Of a stretch of 64,000 nucleotides of DNA, positions 1 to 14,595 are shown piece after piece. A model generated the notes under the pieces. That model did not search any database and was not told the origin of the DNA. It was given only the letters and a program-made list of their open reading frames with translations. The first letter of the stretch is position 1. The number at the start of each line of letters is the position of its first letter. The position numbers were made by a program, and so were the translations under genes. The stretch comes from Eledone cirrhosa (Eukaryota): assembly GCA_964016885.1 (NCBI GenBank), contig OZ024746.1, positions 51,212,001 to 51,276,000 on the forward strand, written 5' to 3'.

Positions 1-1740
1 AAACCACAGCCAAGGGAACGGGCTTGGCTGGATCAATGAGATTGCCACTGTCCCTGTCTACTTTTTAGCGAAACCACAGCCAAGGGAACGAACTTGGACG
101 GATCAACGAGTTTTCACTGCCCCTATGTACAGTCTAGCGAAACTACAGCCAAGGGAACGAGCTTGGACGGAATAACGGGATTGCCACTGTCCCTATCTAC
201 TGTCTAGCCAAACCACAGCTAAGGGAACGAGCTTGGACGGATCAACGAGATTGCCACTGACCCTATCTACTGTCTAGTGAAACCACAGACAAGGGAACGA
301 GCTTGGCCGGATGAAAGAGATTGCCACTGTCGCTATCTACTGTCTAGAGAAACCACAGTCAATGGAACGAGCTTGGGTGGATCAACAAGATTGCCACTGT
401 CCCTATCTATTGTCTAGCGAAACCACAGCGAAGGGAACGGGCGTGGCTGGATCAACGAGATTGCCACTGTCGCTATCTACTGTCTAGCGAAACCACAGCA
501 AAGGGAACGGGCTTGGCTGGATCAATGAGATTGCCACTGTCCCTATCTAGTGTCTAGCGAAACCGCAGCCAAGGGCACGAGCTTGGACGGAATAACGGGA
601 TTGCCACTGTCCCTATCTACTGTCTAGCCAAACCAGAGCTAAGGGAACGAGCTTGGACGGATCAACGAGATTGCCACTGACCCTGTCTTCTCTCTAGCGA
701 AACCACAGACAAGGGAACGACCTTGGCCGGATCAACGAGTTTGCCACTGTCTCTATCTACTGTCTAGCCAAACCAAAGCCAAAGGAACGGCCTTCGGTGG
801 ATCAACGAGATTGAGACTGTCCCTATCTACTGTCTAGCGCAACCACAGCCAAGAGAACGGGCTTGGGTGGATCAACGAGATTGCCACTGAACCTATCTAC
901 TGTCTAGCGAAACCACAGCCAAGGGAACGAACTTGGACGGATCAACGAGATTGCCACTGTCCTTATCTACTATCTAGACGAACCACAGTCAACGGAACGA
1001 GCTCGGGTGGCTCAACGAGATTCCCACTGTCCATATCTACTGTCTAGCGAAACCACAGCCAAGTGAACGAACTTGGACGGATCAACGAGATGGCCACTGT
1101 CCCTATCTACTGTCTAGCCAAACCACAGCCAAGGGAACGAGCTTGGACGGATCAACGAAATTGCCACTGACCCTATCTACTGCCTAGTGAAACCACAGAC
1201 AAGGGAACGAGCTTGGCCGGATCAACGAGATTGCCACTGTTCCTATCTACTGTCTAGCGAAACCACAGCCAAGTGAATGGTCTTGGGTGGATCAACGAGA
1301 TTGCCACTGTCCCTATCTACTGTCTAGAGAAACCACAGTTAATGGAACGAGCTTGGTTGGATCAACGAGATTGCCACTGTCCCCATCTATTGTCTAGCGA
1401 AACCACAGCCAAGTGAACGGGCGTGGCTGTTTAACGAGATTGCCACTGTCGCTATCTAGTGTCTAGCGAAACCACAGCCAACCGAACGTGCTTGGCTGGA
1501 TCAACGAGATTGCCACTGTCCCTATCTACTGTCTAGCTAAAACAAAGCCAAGGGAACGCTTTGGGTGTATCAATGAGATTCCCACTGTCACTATCTACTG
1601 TCTAGCGCAACCACAGCCAAGGGAACGGCTTTGGGTGGATCAACGAGTCTGACACTGCCCCTCTCTACTGCCTAGCGAAACCACAGCCAAGGGAACGTGC
1701 GTGGCTGGATCAACGAGATTGCCACTGTCCCTATCTACTG

Positions 1741-1774
<34 letters not shown>

Positions 1775-2369
1775 CTGGATCAATGAGATTGGCACTGTCC
1801 CTATCTACTGTCTAGCGAAACCACAGCCAAGGGAACGAAGCTGGACGGATCAACGAGATTGCCACTGCCTCTATCTACTTTCTAGTGAAACTACAGCCAA
1901 GGGAACGAGCTTGGGTGGATCAACGAGTTTGACACTGTCCCTCTCTACTGTCTAGCGAAACCACAGCCTAGAGAACGGGATTGGGTGGATCAACGAGATT
2001 GCCACTGTCGCTATCTACTTTCTAGCGAAACCACAGCCAAGGGAATGGGCTTGGCTGTATCAATGAGATTGCCACTGTCCCTATGTACTGTCTAGTGAAA
2101 CCACAGCCAATAGAACGAACGTGGATGGTTCCACGAGATTGCCACTGTCCTTATCTACTGTCTAGCGAAACTACAGCAAAGGGAACGAGCTTGGACGGAT
2201 CAACGAGATTGCCACTGTCCTTATCTACTGTCTAGAGAAATCACAGTCAATGGCACGAGCTTGGATGGATCAACGAGATTGCCACTGTCCCTATCTACTG
2301 TCTAGCAAAACCACAGCCAAGGGAACGGGCGTGGCTGTTCAACGAAATTGCCACTGTCGCTATCTACTG

Positions 2370-2403
<34 letters not shown>

Positions 2404-3227
2404 CTGTATCAATAAGATTGGCACTGTCCCTATCTACTGTCTAGCGAAACCACAGCCAAGGGAACGAACTTGGACGGATCAACGAAATTGCCACTGCCTC
2501 TATCTACTGTCTAGCGAAACCACAGCTAAGGGAACGAGCTTGGACGGATCAACGAGATTGCCACTCTACCTATCAATGTCTAGCGAAACCACAGACAAGG
2601 GAACGAGCTTGGCCGGGTCAACGAGATTGCCCCTGTCCCTATCTACTATCGAGCGAAACCACAGCCAAGTGAATGGTCTTGGGTGGATCAACGAGATTGC
2701 CACTGTCCCTATCTACTGTCTAGCCAAACCAAAGCCAAGGGAACGGTCTTGGGTGGATCAACGAGATTGCCACTGTCCTTATCTACTGTCTATCGAAACC
2801 ACAGCAAAGGGAACGAGCTTGGACCGATCAACGAGATTGCCACTGTCCTTATCTACTGTCGAGAGAAACCACAGTCAACGGAACGAGCTTGGCTGGATCA
2901 ACAAGATTGCCACTGTCCTTATCTACTGTCTAGCCAAAGCAAAGCCAAGGGAACGGCCTTGGGTGTATCAACGAGATTCCCACTGTCCCTATCTACTGTC
3001 TAGCGAAACTACAGCGAAGGGAACGAGCTTGAACGGAATAACGAGATTGCCACTGTCCTTATCTACTGTCTATCGAAACCACAGCCAAGGGAACGAGCTT
3101 GGACGGCTCAACGAGATTGCCACTGTCCTTATCTACTGTCTAGAGAAAACACAGTCAACGGAACGAGCTAGGTTGGATCAACGAGATTGCCACGGTCCCT
3201 ATCTACTGACTAGCGAAACCACAGCCA

Positions 3228-4256
3228 CGCCGGTTCGCTAGACAGTAGAGAGGGACAGTGGCAATCTCGTTGATCCACCTAAGTCCGTTTCCGTGGCTGT
3301 CGTTTCGCTAGACAGTAGATAGGGTGAGTGGCAATCTCGTTGATGCGTCCAAGCTCGTTCCCTTAGCTTAGGTTTCGCTAGACAGTAGATAGGGACAGTG
3401 GCAATCTCATTGATCCATTCAAGCCCGTTCCCTTGGCTGTGGTTTCGCCAGACAGTAGATAGGGACAGTGGCAATCTCGTTGATCCAGCCAAGGCCGTTC
3501 CCTTGGCTTTGGTTTGGCTAGACAGTAGATAGGGACAGTGGCAATCTCGTTGATCCACCCAAGACCATTCACTTGGCTGTGGTTTCGCTAGACAGTAGAT
3601 AAGAACAGTTGCAATATAATTTATCCAGTCAATCTCGTTCCGTTGACTGTGGTTTCTCTAGACAGTAGATAAGGACAGTGGCAATCTCGTTGATCCGTCC
3701 AATCCCGTTCCCTTGGCTGTGGTTTGGCTAGACACTAGATAGCGACAGTGGCAATCTCGTTGAAGAGCCACGCCTGTTCCCTTAGCTGTGGTTTCGCTAG
3801 ACAGTAGATAGGGACAGAGGCAATCTCGTTGATCCACCCAAGCTCGTTCCGTTGACTGTGGTTTCTCTAGACAGTAGATAAGGACAGAGGCAATCTCGTT
3901 GATCCGTCCGAGCTCGTTCCCTTGGCTGTGGTTTCGCTAAACAGTAGATAGGAACAGTGGCAATCTCGTTGATCCAGTCAAGCTCGTATTCTTGTCTGTG
4001 GTTTCGCTAGGCAGGAGATAGAGTCAGTGGCAATCTCGTTATCCGTCCAAGCTCGTTCCCGTAGCTGTGGTTTCGCTAGACAGTAGATAGGGACAGTGGC
4101 AATCTCGTTATTCCGTCAAAGCTCGTTCCTTTGGCTGTAGTTTCGCTAGACAGTGGATAGGGGCAGTGGCAATCTCGGTGATCCGTCCAGGTTCGTTCCC
4201 TTGGCTGTGGTTTCGCTAGACAGTAGATAGGGACAGTGGCAATCTCATTGATCCAG

Positions 4257-4289
<33 letters not shown>

Positions 4290-5196
4290 CCAGTAGATAG
4301 CGACAGTGGCAATCTCGTTGATCCAGCCACGCCCGTTCCCTTGGCTGTGTTTTCGCTAGAACAGTAGATAGCGACAGTGGCAATTTCGTTGATCCAGCCA
4401 CGCCGGTTCCCTTGGCTGTGGTTTCGCTAGACAGTAGATAGGGACAGTGGCAATCTCGTTGATCCGTCCAAGCTCGTTCCCTTGTCTGTGGTTTCGCTAG
4501 ACAGTAGATAGGGACAGTGGCAATCTCATTGATCCAGTCATGCCCGTTCCCTTGGCTGTGGTTTCGCTAGACAATAGATAGCGACAGTGGCAATCTCGTT
4601 GATCCAGCCAAGCCCGTTTCCTTGGCTGTGGTTTTGCTACACAGTAGATAGGCACAGTGGCAATCTCGTTGATCCACCCAAGCTCGTTCCGTTGACTGTG
4701 GTTTCTCTAGACAGTAGATAGGGACAGTGTCAATCTCGTTGATCCGTCCAAGCTCGTTCCCTTGTCTGTGATTTCGCTAGACAGTAGATAGTGTCAGTGG
4801 CAATCTCGTTGATCCGACCGAGTTCGTTCCCTTGGCTGTGGTTTCGCTAGACAGTAGATATGGTCAGTGGCAATCTCGTTGAACCTCCCAGGTCCGTTCC
4901 CTTGGCTGTGGTATCGCTAGACAGTAGATAGGGACAGTGGCAATCTCGTTGATCCACCCAAGCCCGTTCTCTTGGCTGTGGTTTCGCTAGACAGTAGAGA
5001 GGGACAGTGGCAATCTCGTTGATCCGTCCAAGCTCGTTCACTTGGCTGTGGTTTCGCTAGACAGTAGATATGGTCAGTGGCAATCTCGTTGAACCTCCCA
5101 GGTCCGTTCCCTTGGCTGTGGTATCGCTAGACAGTAGATAGGGACAGTGGCAATCTCGTTGATCCACCCAAGTCCGTTCCCTTGGCTTTCGTTTCG
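3228..5196 (-). repeat. Inverted block of ~28 satellite monomers
   Basis: Sequence switches to the reverse-complement monomer (gtttcgctagacagtagatagggacagtggcaatctcgttgatcc) after ...acagcca at 3227 and back to + at ...gtttcg/ggcttggctg near 5196. The ORF track flips strand over the same interval. Confidence 0.95.
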
Positions 5197-6179
5197 GGCT
5201 TGGCTGTATCAATGAGATTGCCACTGTCCCTATCTACTGTCTAGCGAAACCACAGCTAAGGGAACGGGCGTAGCTGTTCAACGAGATTGCCACTGTCGCT
5301 ATCTACTGTCTAGCGAAATCACAGCTAAGGAAACAAACTTGGACGGTCCAATGAGATTGCCACTGTCCCTATCTACTGTCTTGCGAAACTACAGCCAAGG
5401 TAACGAGCTTGGACGGATCAACGAGATTGCTACTGTCCCTATCTAGTGTCTAACGAAACCACAGCTAAGGGAACGAGCTTGGACGGATCAACGAGATTTC
5501 CACTGACACTATCTACTGTCTAGCGAAACGACAGCCAAGAGAACTGGCTTGGGTGAATCAACGAGATTGCCACTATCCCTATCTACTGTCTAGCGCAACC
5601 ACAGCCAAGGGAACGGGTTTGGGTGGATCAACGACTTTGACACTGTCCCTCTCTACTGTCTAGCGAAACCACAGCCAAGGGAACGAGCTTGGGCGGATCA
5701 ACGAGATTGCCACTGTCCTTATCTACTGTCTAGAGAAACCACAGTCAACGGAACGAGATTGCCACTGTCTCTATCTGCTGTCTAGCGAAAAAACAGCCAA
5801 GGGAACGAGCTTGGACGGATCAACGAGTTTGCCAATGTCCCTATCTACTGTCTAGTGAAACCACAGCCAAGGGAACGGGCTTGGGTGGATCAACGAGATT
5901 GCCACTGTCCCTATCTACTGTCTAGCGCAACCACAGCAAAGGGAACGGATTTGGGTGGATCAACGAGTTTGAGACTGTCCCTCTCTACTGTCTAGCGAAA
6001 CCACAGCCAAGAAAAAACGCGCTTGGGTGGATCAACGAGATTGACACTGTCCCTATCTACTGTCTAGTGAAACCACAGCCAAGGGAACGGACTGGTTGGA
6101 TCAACGAGATTGCCACTGAACCTATCTACTATCTAGCTAAACCACAGCAAAGGGAACGAGCTTGGATGGATCAACGAGA

Positions 6180-6761
6180 TTGCCACTGTCCTTATCTACT
6201 GTCTAGAGAAACCACAGTCAACGGAACGAGCTTGGGTAGCTCAACGAGATTCCCACTGTCCCTATCCACTGTCTAGCGAAACCACAGCCAAGTGAATGGT
6301 CTTGGGTGGATCAACGAGATTGCCACTGTCCCTATCTACTGTCTAGCCAAACCAAAGCCAAGGGAACGGCCTTGGGTGGATCAACGTGATTGCCACTGTC
6401 CCTATCTACTGTCTAGCGAAACCACAGCCAAGGGAACGAGCTTGGGTGGATCAACGAGATTGTCACTGTCCCTCTCTACTGTCTAGCGAAACCACAGCCA
6501 AGGGAACGGGAGTGGCTAGATCAATGAGATTGCCACTGTCGCTATCTACTGTCTAGCGAAACCACAGGCAAGGGAACGGGCTTGGCTGGATCAATGAAAT
6601 TGTCACTGTCCCTATCTAGTGTCTAGCGAAACAACAGCTACGGGAACAAACATGGACGGATAAATGAGATTGCCACTGTCCTTATCTACTGTCTATCGAA
6701 ACCACAGTCAACGGAACGAGCTTGGGTGGCTCAACGAGATTGCCACTGTCCCTATCTACTG

Positions 6762-6795
<34 letters not shown>

Positions 6796-8632
6796 GTGGA
6801 TCAACGAGATTGCCACTGTCCCTATCTACTGTCTAGCGCAACCACAGCCAAGGCAACGGGCGTGGCTGGATCAACGAGATTGCCACTTCGCTATCTAATG
6901 TCTAGCGAAACCACAGCCAAGGGAACGAACTTGGAAAGATCAACGAGATTGCCACTGTCCTTATCTACTGTCTAGCGAAACCACAGCCAAGGGAGCGAGC
7001 TTGGACGGATCAAAGAAATTGCCACTGTCCTTATCTACTGTCTAGAGAAACCACAGTGAAGGGAACGAGCTTGGGTGGATCAACGAGATTGTCACTGTCC
7101 CTATCTACTGTCTAGCGAAACCACAGCCAATGGAACAAACTTGGACGGATCAATGAGATTGCCACTGTCCCTATCTACTGTCTAGCGCAACCACAGCCAA
7201 GGGAACGCGTTTGGGTGGATCAACGACTTTGACACTGTCCCTCTATACTGTCTAGCGAAACCACAGCCAAGGGAACGGACTTGTTTGGATCGACGAGATT
7301 GCCACTGAACCTATCTACTGTCTAGAGAAACCACAGTCAACGGAACGAGATTGCCACTGTCTCTATCTACTGTCTAGCGAAACAACAGCCAAGGAAACGA
7401 GCTTGGGTGGATCAACGAGATTGCGATTGTCCCTATCTGCTGTCTAGCGAAAAAACAGCCAAGGGAACGAGCTTGGACGGATCAACGAGATTGCCACTGT
7501 CCCTATCTACTGTCTAGCGAAACCACAGCCAAGGGAACGAGATTGGACGGATCAAAGAGATTGCCACTGGCCTTATCTACTGTCTAGCGAAACCACAGCC
7601 AAGGGAACGAACTTGGAAAGATCAACGAGATTGCCACTGCCCCTATCTACTGTCTAGCGGAACTACAGCGAAGGGAACGAGCTAGGACGGAATAACGAGA
7701 TTGCCACTGTCCCTATCTACTGTCTAGCGAAAGCACAGCTAAGGGAACGAGCTTAGACGGATCATCGAGATTGCCACTGTCCCTATCTACTATCTAGCAA
7801 AACCACAGTAAAGTGAATGGTCTTGGGTGGATCAACGAGATTGCTACTGTCCTTATCTACTGTCTAGCCAAACCAAAGCCAAGGGAACGGCCTTGGGTTG
7901 ATCAACGAGATTGCCACTGTCCTTATCTACTGTCTAGCCAAACCAAAGCCAAGGGAACGGCCTTAAATGGATCAACGAGATTGCCACTGTCCTTATCTAC
8001 TGTCTAGCGAAACCACAGCCAAGGGAGCGAGCTTGGACGGATCAAAGAGATTGCCACTGTCCTTATCTACTGTCTAGAGAAACCACAGTCAACGGAACGA
8101 GCTTGGGTAGCTCAACGAGATTCCCACTGTCCCTATCCACTGTCTAGCGAAACCACAGCCAAGTGAATGGTCTTGGGTGGATCAACGAGATTGCCACTGT
8201 CCCTATCTACTGTCTAGCCAAACCAAAGCCAAGGGAACGGCCTTGGGTGGATCAACGTGATTGCCACTGTCCCTATCTACTGTCTAGCGAAACCACAGCC
8301 AAGGGAACGAGCTTGGGTGGATCAACGAGATTGTCACTGTCCCTCTCTACTGTCTAGCGAAACCACAGCCAAGGGAACGGGAGTGGCTAGATCAATGAGA
8401 TTGCCACTGTCGCTATCTACTGTCTAGCGAAACCACAGGCAAGGGAACGGGCTTGGCTGGATCAATGAAATTGTCACTGTCCCTATCTAGTGTCTAGCGA
8501 AACAACAGCTACGGGAACAAACATGGACGGATAAATGAGATTGCCACTGTCCTTATCTACTGTCTATCGAAACCACAGTCAACGGAACGAGCTTGGGTGG
8601 CTCAACGAGATTGCCACTGTCCCTATCTACTG

Positions 8633-8666
<34 letters not shown>

Positions 8667-9955
8667 GTGGATCAACGAGATTGCCACTGTCCCTATCTAC
8701 TGTCTAGCGCAACCACAGCCAAGGCAACGGGCGTGGCTGGATCAACGAGATTGCCACTTCGCTATCTAATGTCTAGCGAAACCACAGCCAAGGGAACGAA
8801 CTTGGAAAGATCAACGAGATTGCCACTGTCCTTATCTACTGTCTAGCGAAACCACAGCCAAGGGAGCGAGCTTGGACGGATCAAAGAAATTGCCACTGTC
8901 CTTATCTACTGTCTAGAGAAACCACAGTGAAGGGAACGAGCTTGGGTGGATCAACGAGATTGTCACTGTCCCTATCTACTGTCTAGCGAAACCACAGCCA
9001 ATGGAACAAACTTGGACGGATCAATGAGATTGCCACTGTCCCTATCTACTGTCTAGCGCAACCACAGCCAAGGGAACGCGTTTGGGTGGATCAACGACTT
9101 TGACACTGTCCCTCTATACTGTCTAGCGAAACCACAGCCAAGGGAACGGACTTGTTTGGATCGACGAGATTGCCACTGAACCTATCTACTGTCTAGAGAA
9201 ACCACAGTCAACGGAACGAGATTGCCACTGTCTCTATCTACTGTCTAGCGAAACAACAGCCAAGGAAACGAGCTTGGGTGGATCAACGAGATTGCGATTG
9301 TCCCTATCTGCTGTCTAGCGAAAAAACAGCCAAGGGAACGAGCTTGGACGGATCAACGAGATTGCCACTGTCCCTATCTACTGTCTAGCGAAACCACAGC
9401 CAAGGGAACGAGATTGGACGGATCAAAGAGATTGCCACTGGCCTTATCTACTGTCTAGCGAAACCACAGCCAAGGGAACGAACTTGGAAAGATCAACGAG
9501 ATTGCCACTGCCCCTATCTACTGTCTAGCGGAACTACAGCGAAGGGAACGAGCTAGGACGGAATAACGAGATTGCCACTGTCCCTATCTACTGTCTAGCG
9601 AAAGCACAGCTAAGGGAACGAGCTTAGACGGATCATCGAGATTGCCACTGTCCCTATCTACTATCTAGCAAAACCACAGTAAAGTGAATGGTCTTGGGTG
9701 GATCAACGAGATTGCTACTGTCCTTATCTACTGTCTAGCCAAACCAAAGCCAAGGGAACGGCCTTGGGTTGATCAACGAGATTGCCACTGTCCTTATCTA
9801 CTGTCTAGCCAAACCAAAGCCAAGGGAACGGCCTTAAATGGATCAACGAGATTGCCACTGTCCTTATCTACTGTCTAGCGAAACCACAGCCAAGGGAGCG
9901 AGCTTGGACGGATCAAAGAGATTGCCACTGTCCTTATCTACTGTCTAGAGAAACC
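6180..9955 (+). repeat. Higher-order tandem duplication, unit 1871 bp (27 monomers including one 52-bp truncated monomer)
   Basis: Identical translated ORFs offset by exactly 1871 bp (6292/8163, 6664/8535, 7813/9684). Rare variants (cttgggtagctc, ctacgggaacaaacatgg) recur at the same offset. Confidence 0.92.
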
Positions 9956-10573
9956 ATAGTCAACGGAACGAGCTTGGCTGGATCAACAAGATTGTCACTG
10001 TCCCTATCTACTGTCTAGCGAAACCACAGCCAATGGAACAAACTTGGACGGATCAATGAGATTGCCACTGTCCCTATCTACTGTCTAGCGAAACCACAGC
10101 TATGGGAACTAGCTTCGACGGATCAACGAGATTGCCACTGAGCCTATCTACTGTCTAGCGAAACGACAGCCAAGGGGACGGACCTGGGCGGATCAATGAG
10201 TTTGCCAATGTCCCTATCTACTGTCTAGTGAAACCACAGCCAAGGGAACGGGTTTGGGTGGATCAACGAGATTGCCACTGTCCCTATCTACTGTCTAGCG
10301 AAACGACAGCCAAGGAAACGAGCTTGGACGGATAAACGAGATTGCGACTGTCCCTATCTGCTGTCTAGCGAATCCACAGCCAAGGGAACGAACTTGGACG
10401 GATCAACGAGATTGCCACTGTCCCTATCTACTGTCTAGCGAAACCACAGCCAAGGGAACCGGCTTGGGTGGATAAACGAGATTGCCACTGTCCCTATCTA
10501 CAGTCTATTGAAACCACAGCCAAAGGAACGGGCTTGGGTGGATCAACGAGATTGCCACTCTCCCTACCTACTG

Positions 10574-10607
<34 letters not shown>

Positions 10608-11059
10608 GTGGATCAACGAGATTGCCACTGTCCCTATCTACTGTCTAGCGAAACCACAGCCAACGGAACGAGCTTGGGTGGATCAACGAGATTGCCACTG
10701 TCCCTATCTACTGTCTAGCCAAACCAAAGACAAGGGAACGGCCTTGGGTGGATCAACGAGATTGCCACTGTCCCTATCTACTGTCTAGCGAAACCACAGC
10801 CAAGGGAACGGGCGTGGCTGTTCAACGAGATTGCCACTGTCGCTATCTACTGTCTAGCGAAACAACAGCCAAGAGAACCGTCTTGGTTGGAACAACGAGA
10901 TTGCCACTGAACCTATCTACTGTCTAGCGAAACCACAGTCAAGGGAACGAGCTTGGACGGATCAACGAGATTGCCACTCTCCTTATCTACTGTCTAGAGA
11001 AAACACAGTCAACGGAACGAGCTTGGGTGGATCAACGAGATTGCCACTGTCCCTATCTA

Positions 11060-11197
11060 CTGTCTAGCGAAACCACAGCCAAGGGAACGGTCGTGGCTGG
11101 ATCAACGATATTGCCACTGTCGCTATCTACTGTCTAGCGAAACGACGGCCAAGGGACCGGGCTTGGCTGGATCAATGAGATTGCCAATGTCCCTATT

Positions 11198-11229
<32 letters not shown>

Positions 11230-12457
11230 AACTTGGACGGATCAACGAGATTGCCACTGTCCCTATCTACTGTCTAGCGAAACCACAGACAAGGAAACGA
11301 GTTTGTACGGATCAACGAGATTGCCATTGTCCCTATCTACTGTCTAGCCAAACCAAAGACAAGGGAAGGGCCTTGGGTGTATCAACGAGATTGCCACTCT
11401 CCCTATCAACTGTCTAGCCAAACCAAAGACAAGGGAAGGGCCTAGGGTGGATCAACGAGATTGCCACTCTCCCTATCTACTCTCTAGAGAAACCATAGTC
11501 AACGGAACGAGCTTGGGTGGATTAACGAGATTGCCACTGTCCCTATCTACTGTCTAGCGAAACCACAGCCAACTGAACGGGCGTGGACGGATCAACGAGA
11601 TTGCCACTGTCCCTATCTACTGTCTAGCCAAACCAAAGCCATGGGAACGGCCTTGGGTGGATCAACGAGATTGCCACTGTCCCTATCTACTGTCTAGTGA
11701 AACCACAGCCAAGGAAACGAGCTTGGACGGATCAACGAGATTGCCGCTGTCCCTATCATCTGACTAGCGAAACCACAGCCAAGGGAACGAGCTTGGACGG
11801 ATCAGCGAGTTTGCCACTGTCCCTATCTACTGTCTAGCGAAACCACAGCCAAGGGAACGGCTTGGGTCGATTATCGAGATTGCCACTGTCCCTATCTCCT
11901 GTCTAACGAAACCAAAGCCAAGAGAACGAGCTTGAAAAGATTAACGAGATTGCCACTGCCCCTATCTACTGTCTAGCTAAACCACAGCCAAGGGAACGGG
12001 CGTGGCTGGATCAACGAGATTGCCACTGTCCCTCTCTACTGTCTAGCCAAACCAAAGCCAAGGGAACGGCCTTGGGTGGATCAACGAGATTGCCACTGTC
12101 CCTATCTACTGTCTAGCGAAACCACAGCCAGGGGAACGAGCTTGGACGGATCAACGAGATTGCCACTGTTCTTATCTACTGTCTAGAGGAACCACAGTCA
12201 ATGGAACGAGCTTGGATGGATCAACGAGATTGCCACTCTCCTTATCTACTGTCTAGAGAAACCAAAGTCAACGGAGCGAGCTTGTGTGGATCAACGAGAT
12301 TGCCACTGTCCCTATCTACTGTCTAGCTAAAACCACAGCCAAGGGAACGGGCGTGGCTGGATCAACGATATTGCCGCTGTCGCTATCTACTGTCTAGCGA
12401 AACGACGGCCAAGGGACCGGGCTTGGCTGGATCAATGAGATTGCCAATGTCCCTATT

Positions 12458-12489
<32 letters not shown>

Positions 12490-13786
12490 AACTTGGACAG
12501 ATCAACGAGATTGCCACTGTCCCTATCTACTGTCTAGCGAAACCACAGCCAAGGGAACGAACTTGGAGGGATCAACGAGATTGCCACTGTCCCTATCTAC
12601 TGTCTAGCGAAACCACAGACAAGGAAACGAGTTTGTACGGATCAACGAGATTGCCATTGTCCCTATCTACTGTCTAGCCAAACCAAAGACAAGGGAAGGG
12701 CCTTGGGTGTATCAACGAGATTGCCACTCTCCCTATCAACTGTCTAGCCAAACCAAAGACAAGGGAAGGGCCTTGGGTGGATCAACGAGATTGCCACTCT
12801 CCCTATCTACTCTCTAGAGAAACCATAGTCAACGGAACGAGCTTGGGTGGATTAACGAGATTGCCACTGTCCCTATCTACTGTCTAGCGAAACCACAGCC
12901 AACTGAACGGGCGTGGACGGATCAACGAGATTGCCACTGTCCCTATCTACTGTCTAGCCAAACCAAAGCCATGGGAACGGCCTTGGGTGGATCAACGAGA
13001 TTGCCACTGTCCCTATCTACTGTCTAGTGAAACCACAGCCAAGGAAACGAGCTTGGACGGATCAACGAGATTGCCGCTGTCCCTATCATCTGACTAGCGA
13101 AACCACAGCCAAGGGAACGAGCTTGGACGGATCAGCGAGTTTGCCACTGTCCCTATCTACTGTCTAGCGAAACCACAGCCAAGGGAACGGCTTGGGTCGA
13201 TTATCGAGATTGCCACTGTCCCTATCTCCTGTCTAACGAAACCAAAGCCAAGAGAACGAGCTTGAAAAGATTAACGAGATTGCCACTGCCCCTATCTACT
13301 GTCTAGCTAAACCACAGCCAAGGGAACGGGCGTGGCTGGATCAACGAGATTGCCACTGTCCCTCTCTACTGTCTAGCCAAACCAAAGCCAAGGGAACGGC
13401 CTTGGGTGGATCAACGAGATTGCCACTGTCCCTATCTACTGTCTAGCGAAACCACAGCCAGGGGAACGAGCTTGGACGGATCAACGAGATTGCCACTGTT
13501 CTTATCTACTGTCTAGAGAAACCACAGTCAATGGAACGAGCTTGGATGGATCAACGAGATTGCCACTCTCCTTATCTACTGTCTAGAGAAACCAAAGTCA
13601 ACGGAACGAGCTTGTGTGGATCAACGAGATTGCCACTGTCCCTATCTACTGTCTAGCTAAACCACAGCCAAGGGAACGGGCGTGGCTGGATCAACGATAT
13701 TGCCGCTGTCGCTATCTACTGTCTAGCGAAACGACGGCCAAGGGACCGGGCTTGGCTGGATCAATGAGATTGCCAATGTCCCTATT

Positions 13787-13818
<32 letters not shown>

Positions 13819-14421
13819 AACTTGGACAGATCAACGAGATTGCCACTGTCCCTATCTACTGTCTAGCGAAACCACAGCCAAGGGAACGAACTTGGACGGA
13901 TCAACGAGATTGCCACTGTCCCTATCTACTGTCTAGCGAAACCACAGCCAAGGGAACGAACTTGGACGGATCAACGAGATTGCCACTGTCCCTATCTACT
14001 GTCTAGTGAAACTACATCCAAGGGAACGAGCTTAGACGGAATAACGAGATTGCCACTGTCCATATCTACTGTCTAGCAAAACCACAGACAAGGAAACGAG
14101 TTTGGACGGATCAACGAGATTGCCACTGTCCCTCTCTACTGTCTAGCCAAACCAAAGACAAGGGAAGGGTCTTGGGTGGATCAACGAGATTGCCACTGTC
14201 CCTATCTACTCTCTAGAGAAACCATAGTCAACGGAACGAACTTGGGTGGATCAACGAGATTGCCACTGTCCTTATCTACTGTCTAGCGAAACCACAGCCA
14301 ACTGAACGGGCGTGGTTGGATCAACAAGATTGCCACTGTCCCTATCTGCTGTCTAGCGAATCCACAGCCAAGGGAACGAACCTGGACGGATCAACGAGAT
14401 TGCCACTGTCCCTATCTACTG

Positions 14422-14455
<34 letters not shown>

Positions 14456-14561
14456 GTGGATCAACGAGATTGCCACTGTCCCTATCTACAGTCTAGTGAA
14501 ACCACAGCCAAGGGAACGGGCTTGGGTGGATCAACGAGATTGCCACTGTCCCTACCTACTG

Positions 14562-14595
<34 letters not shown>

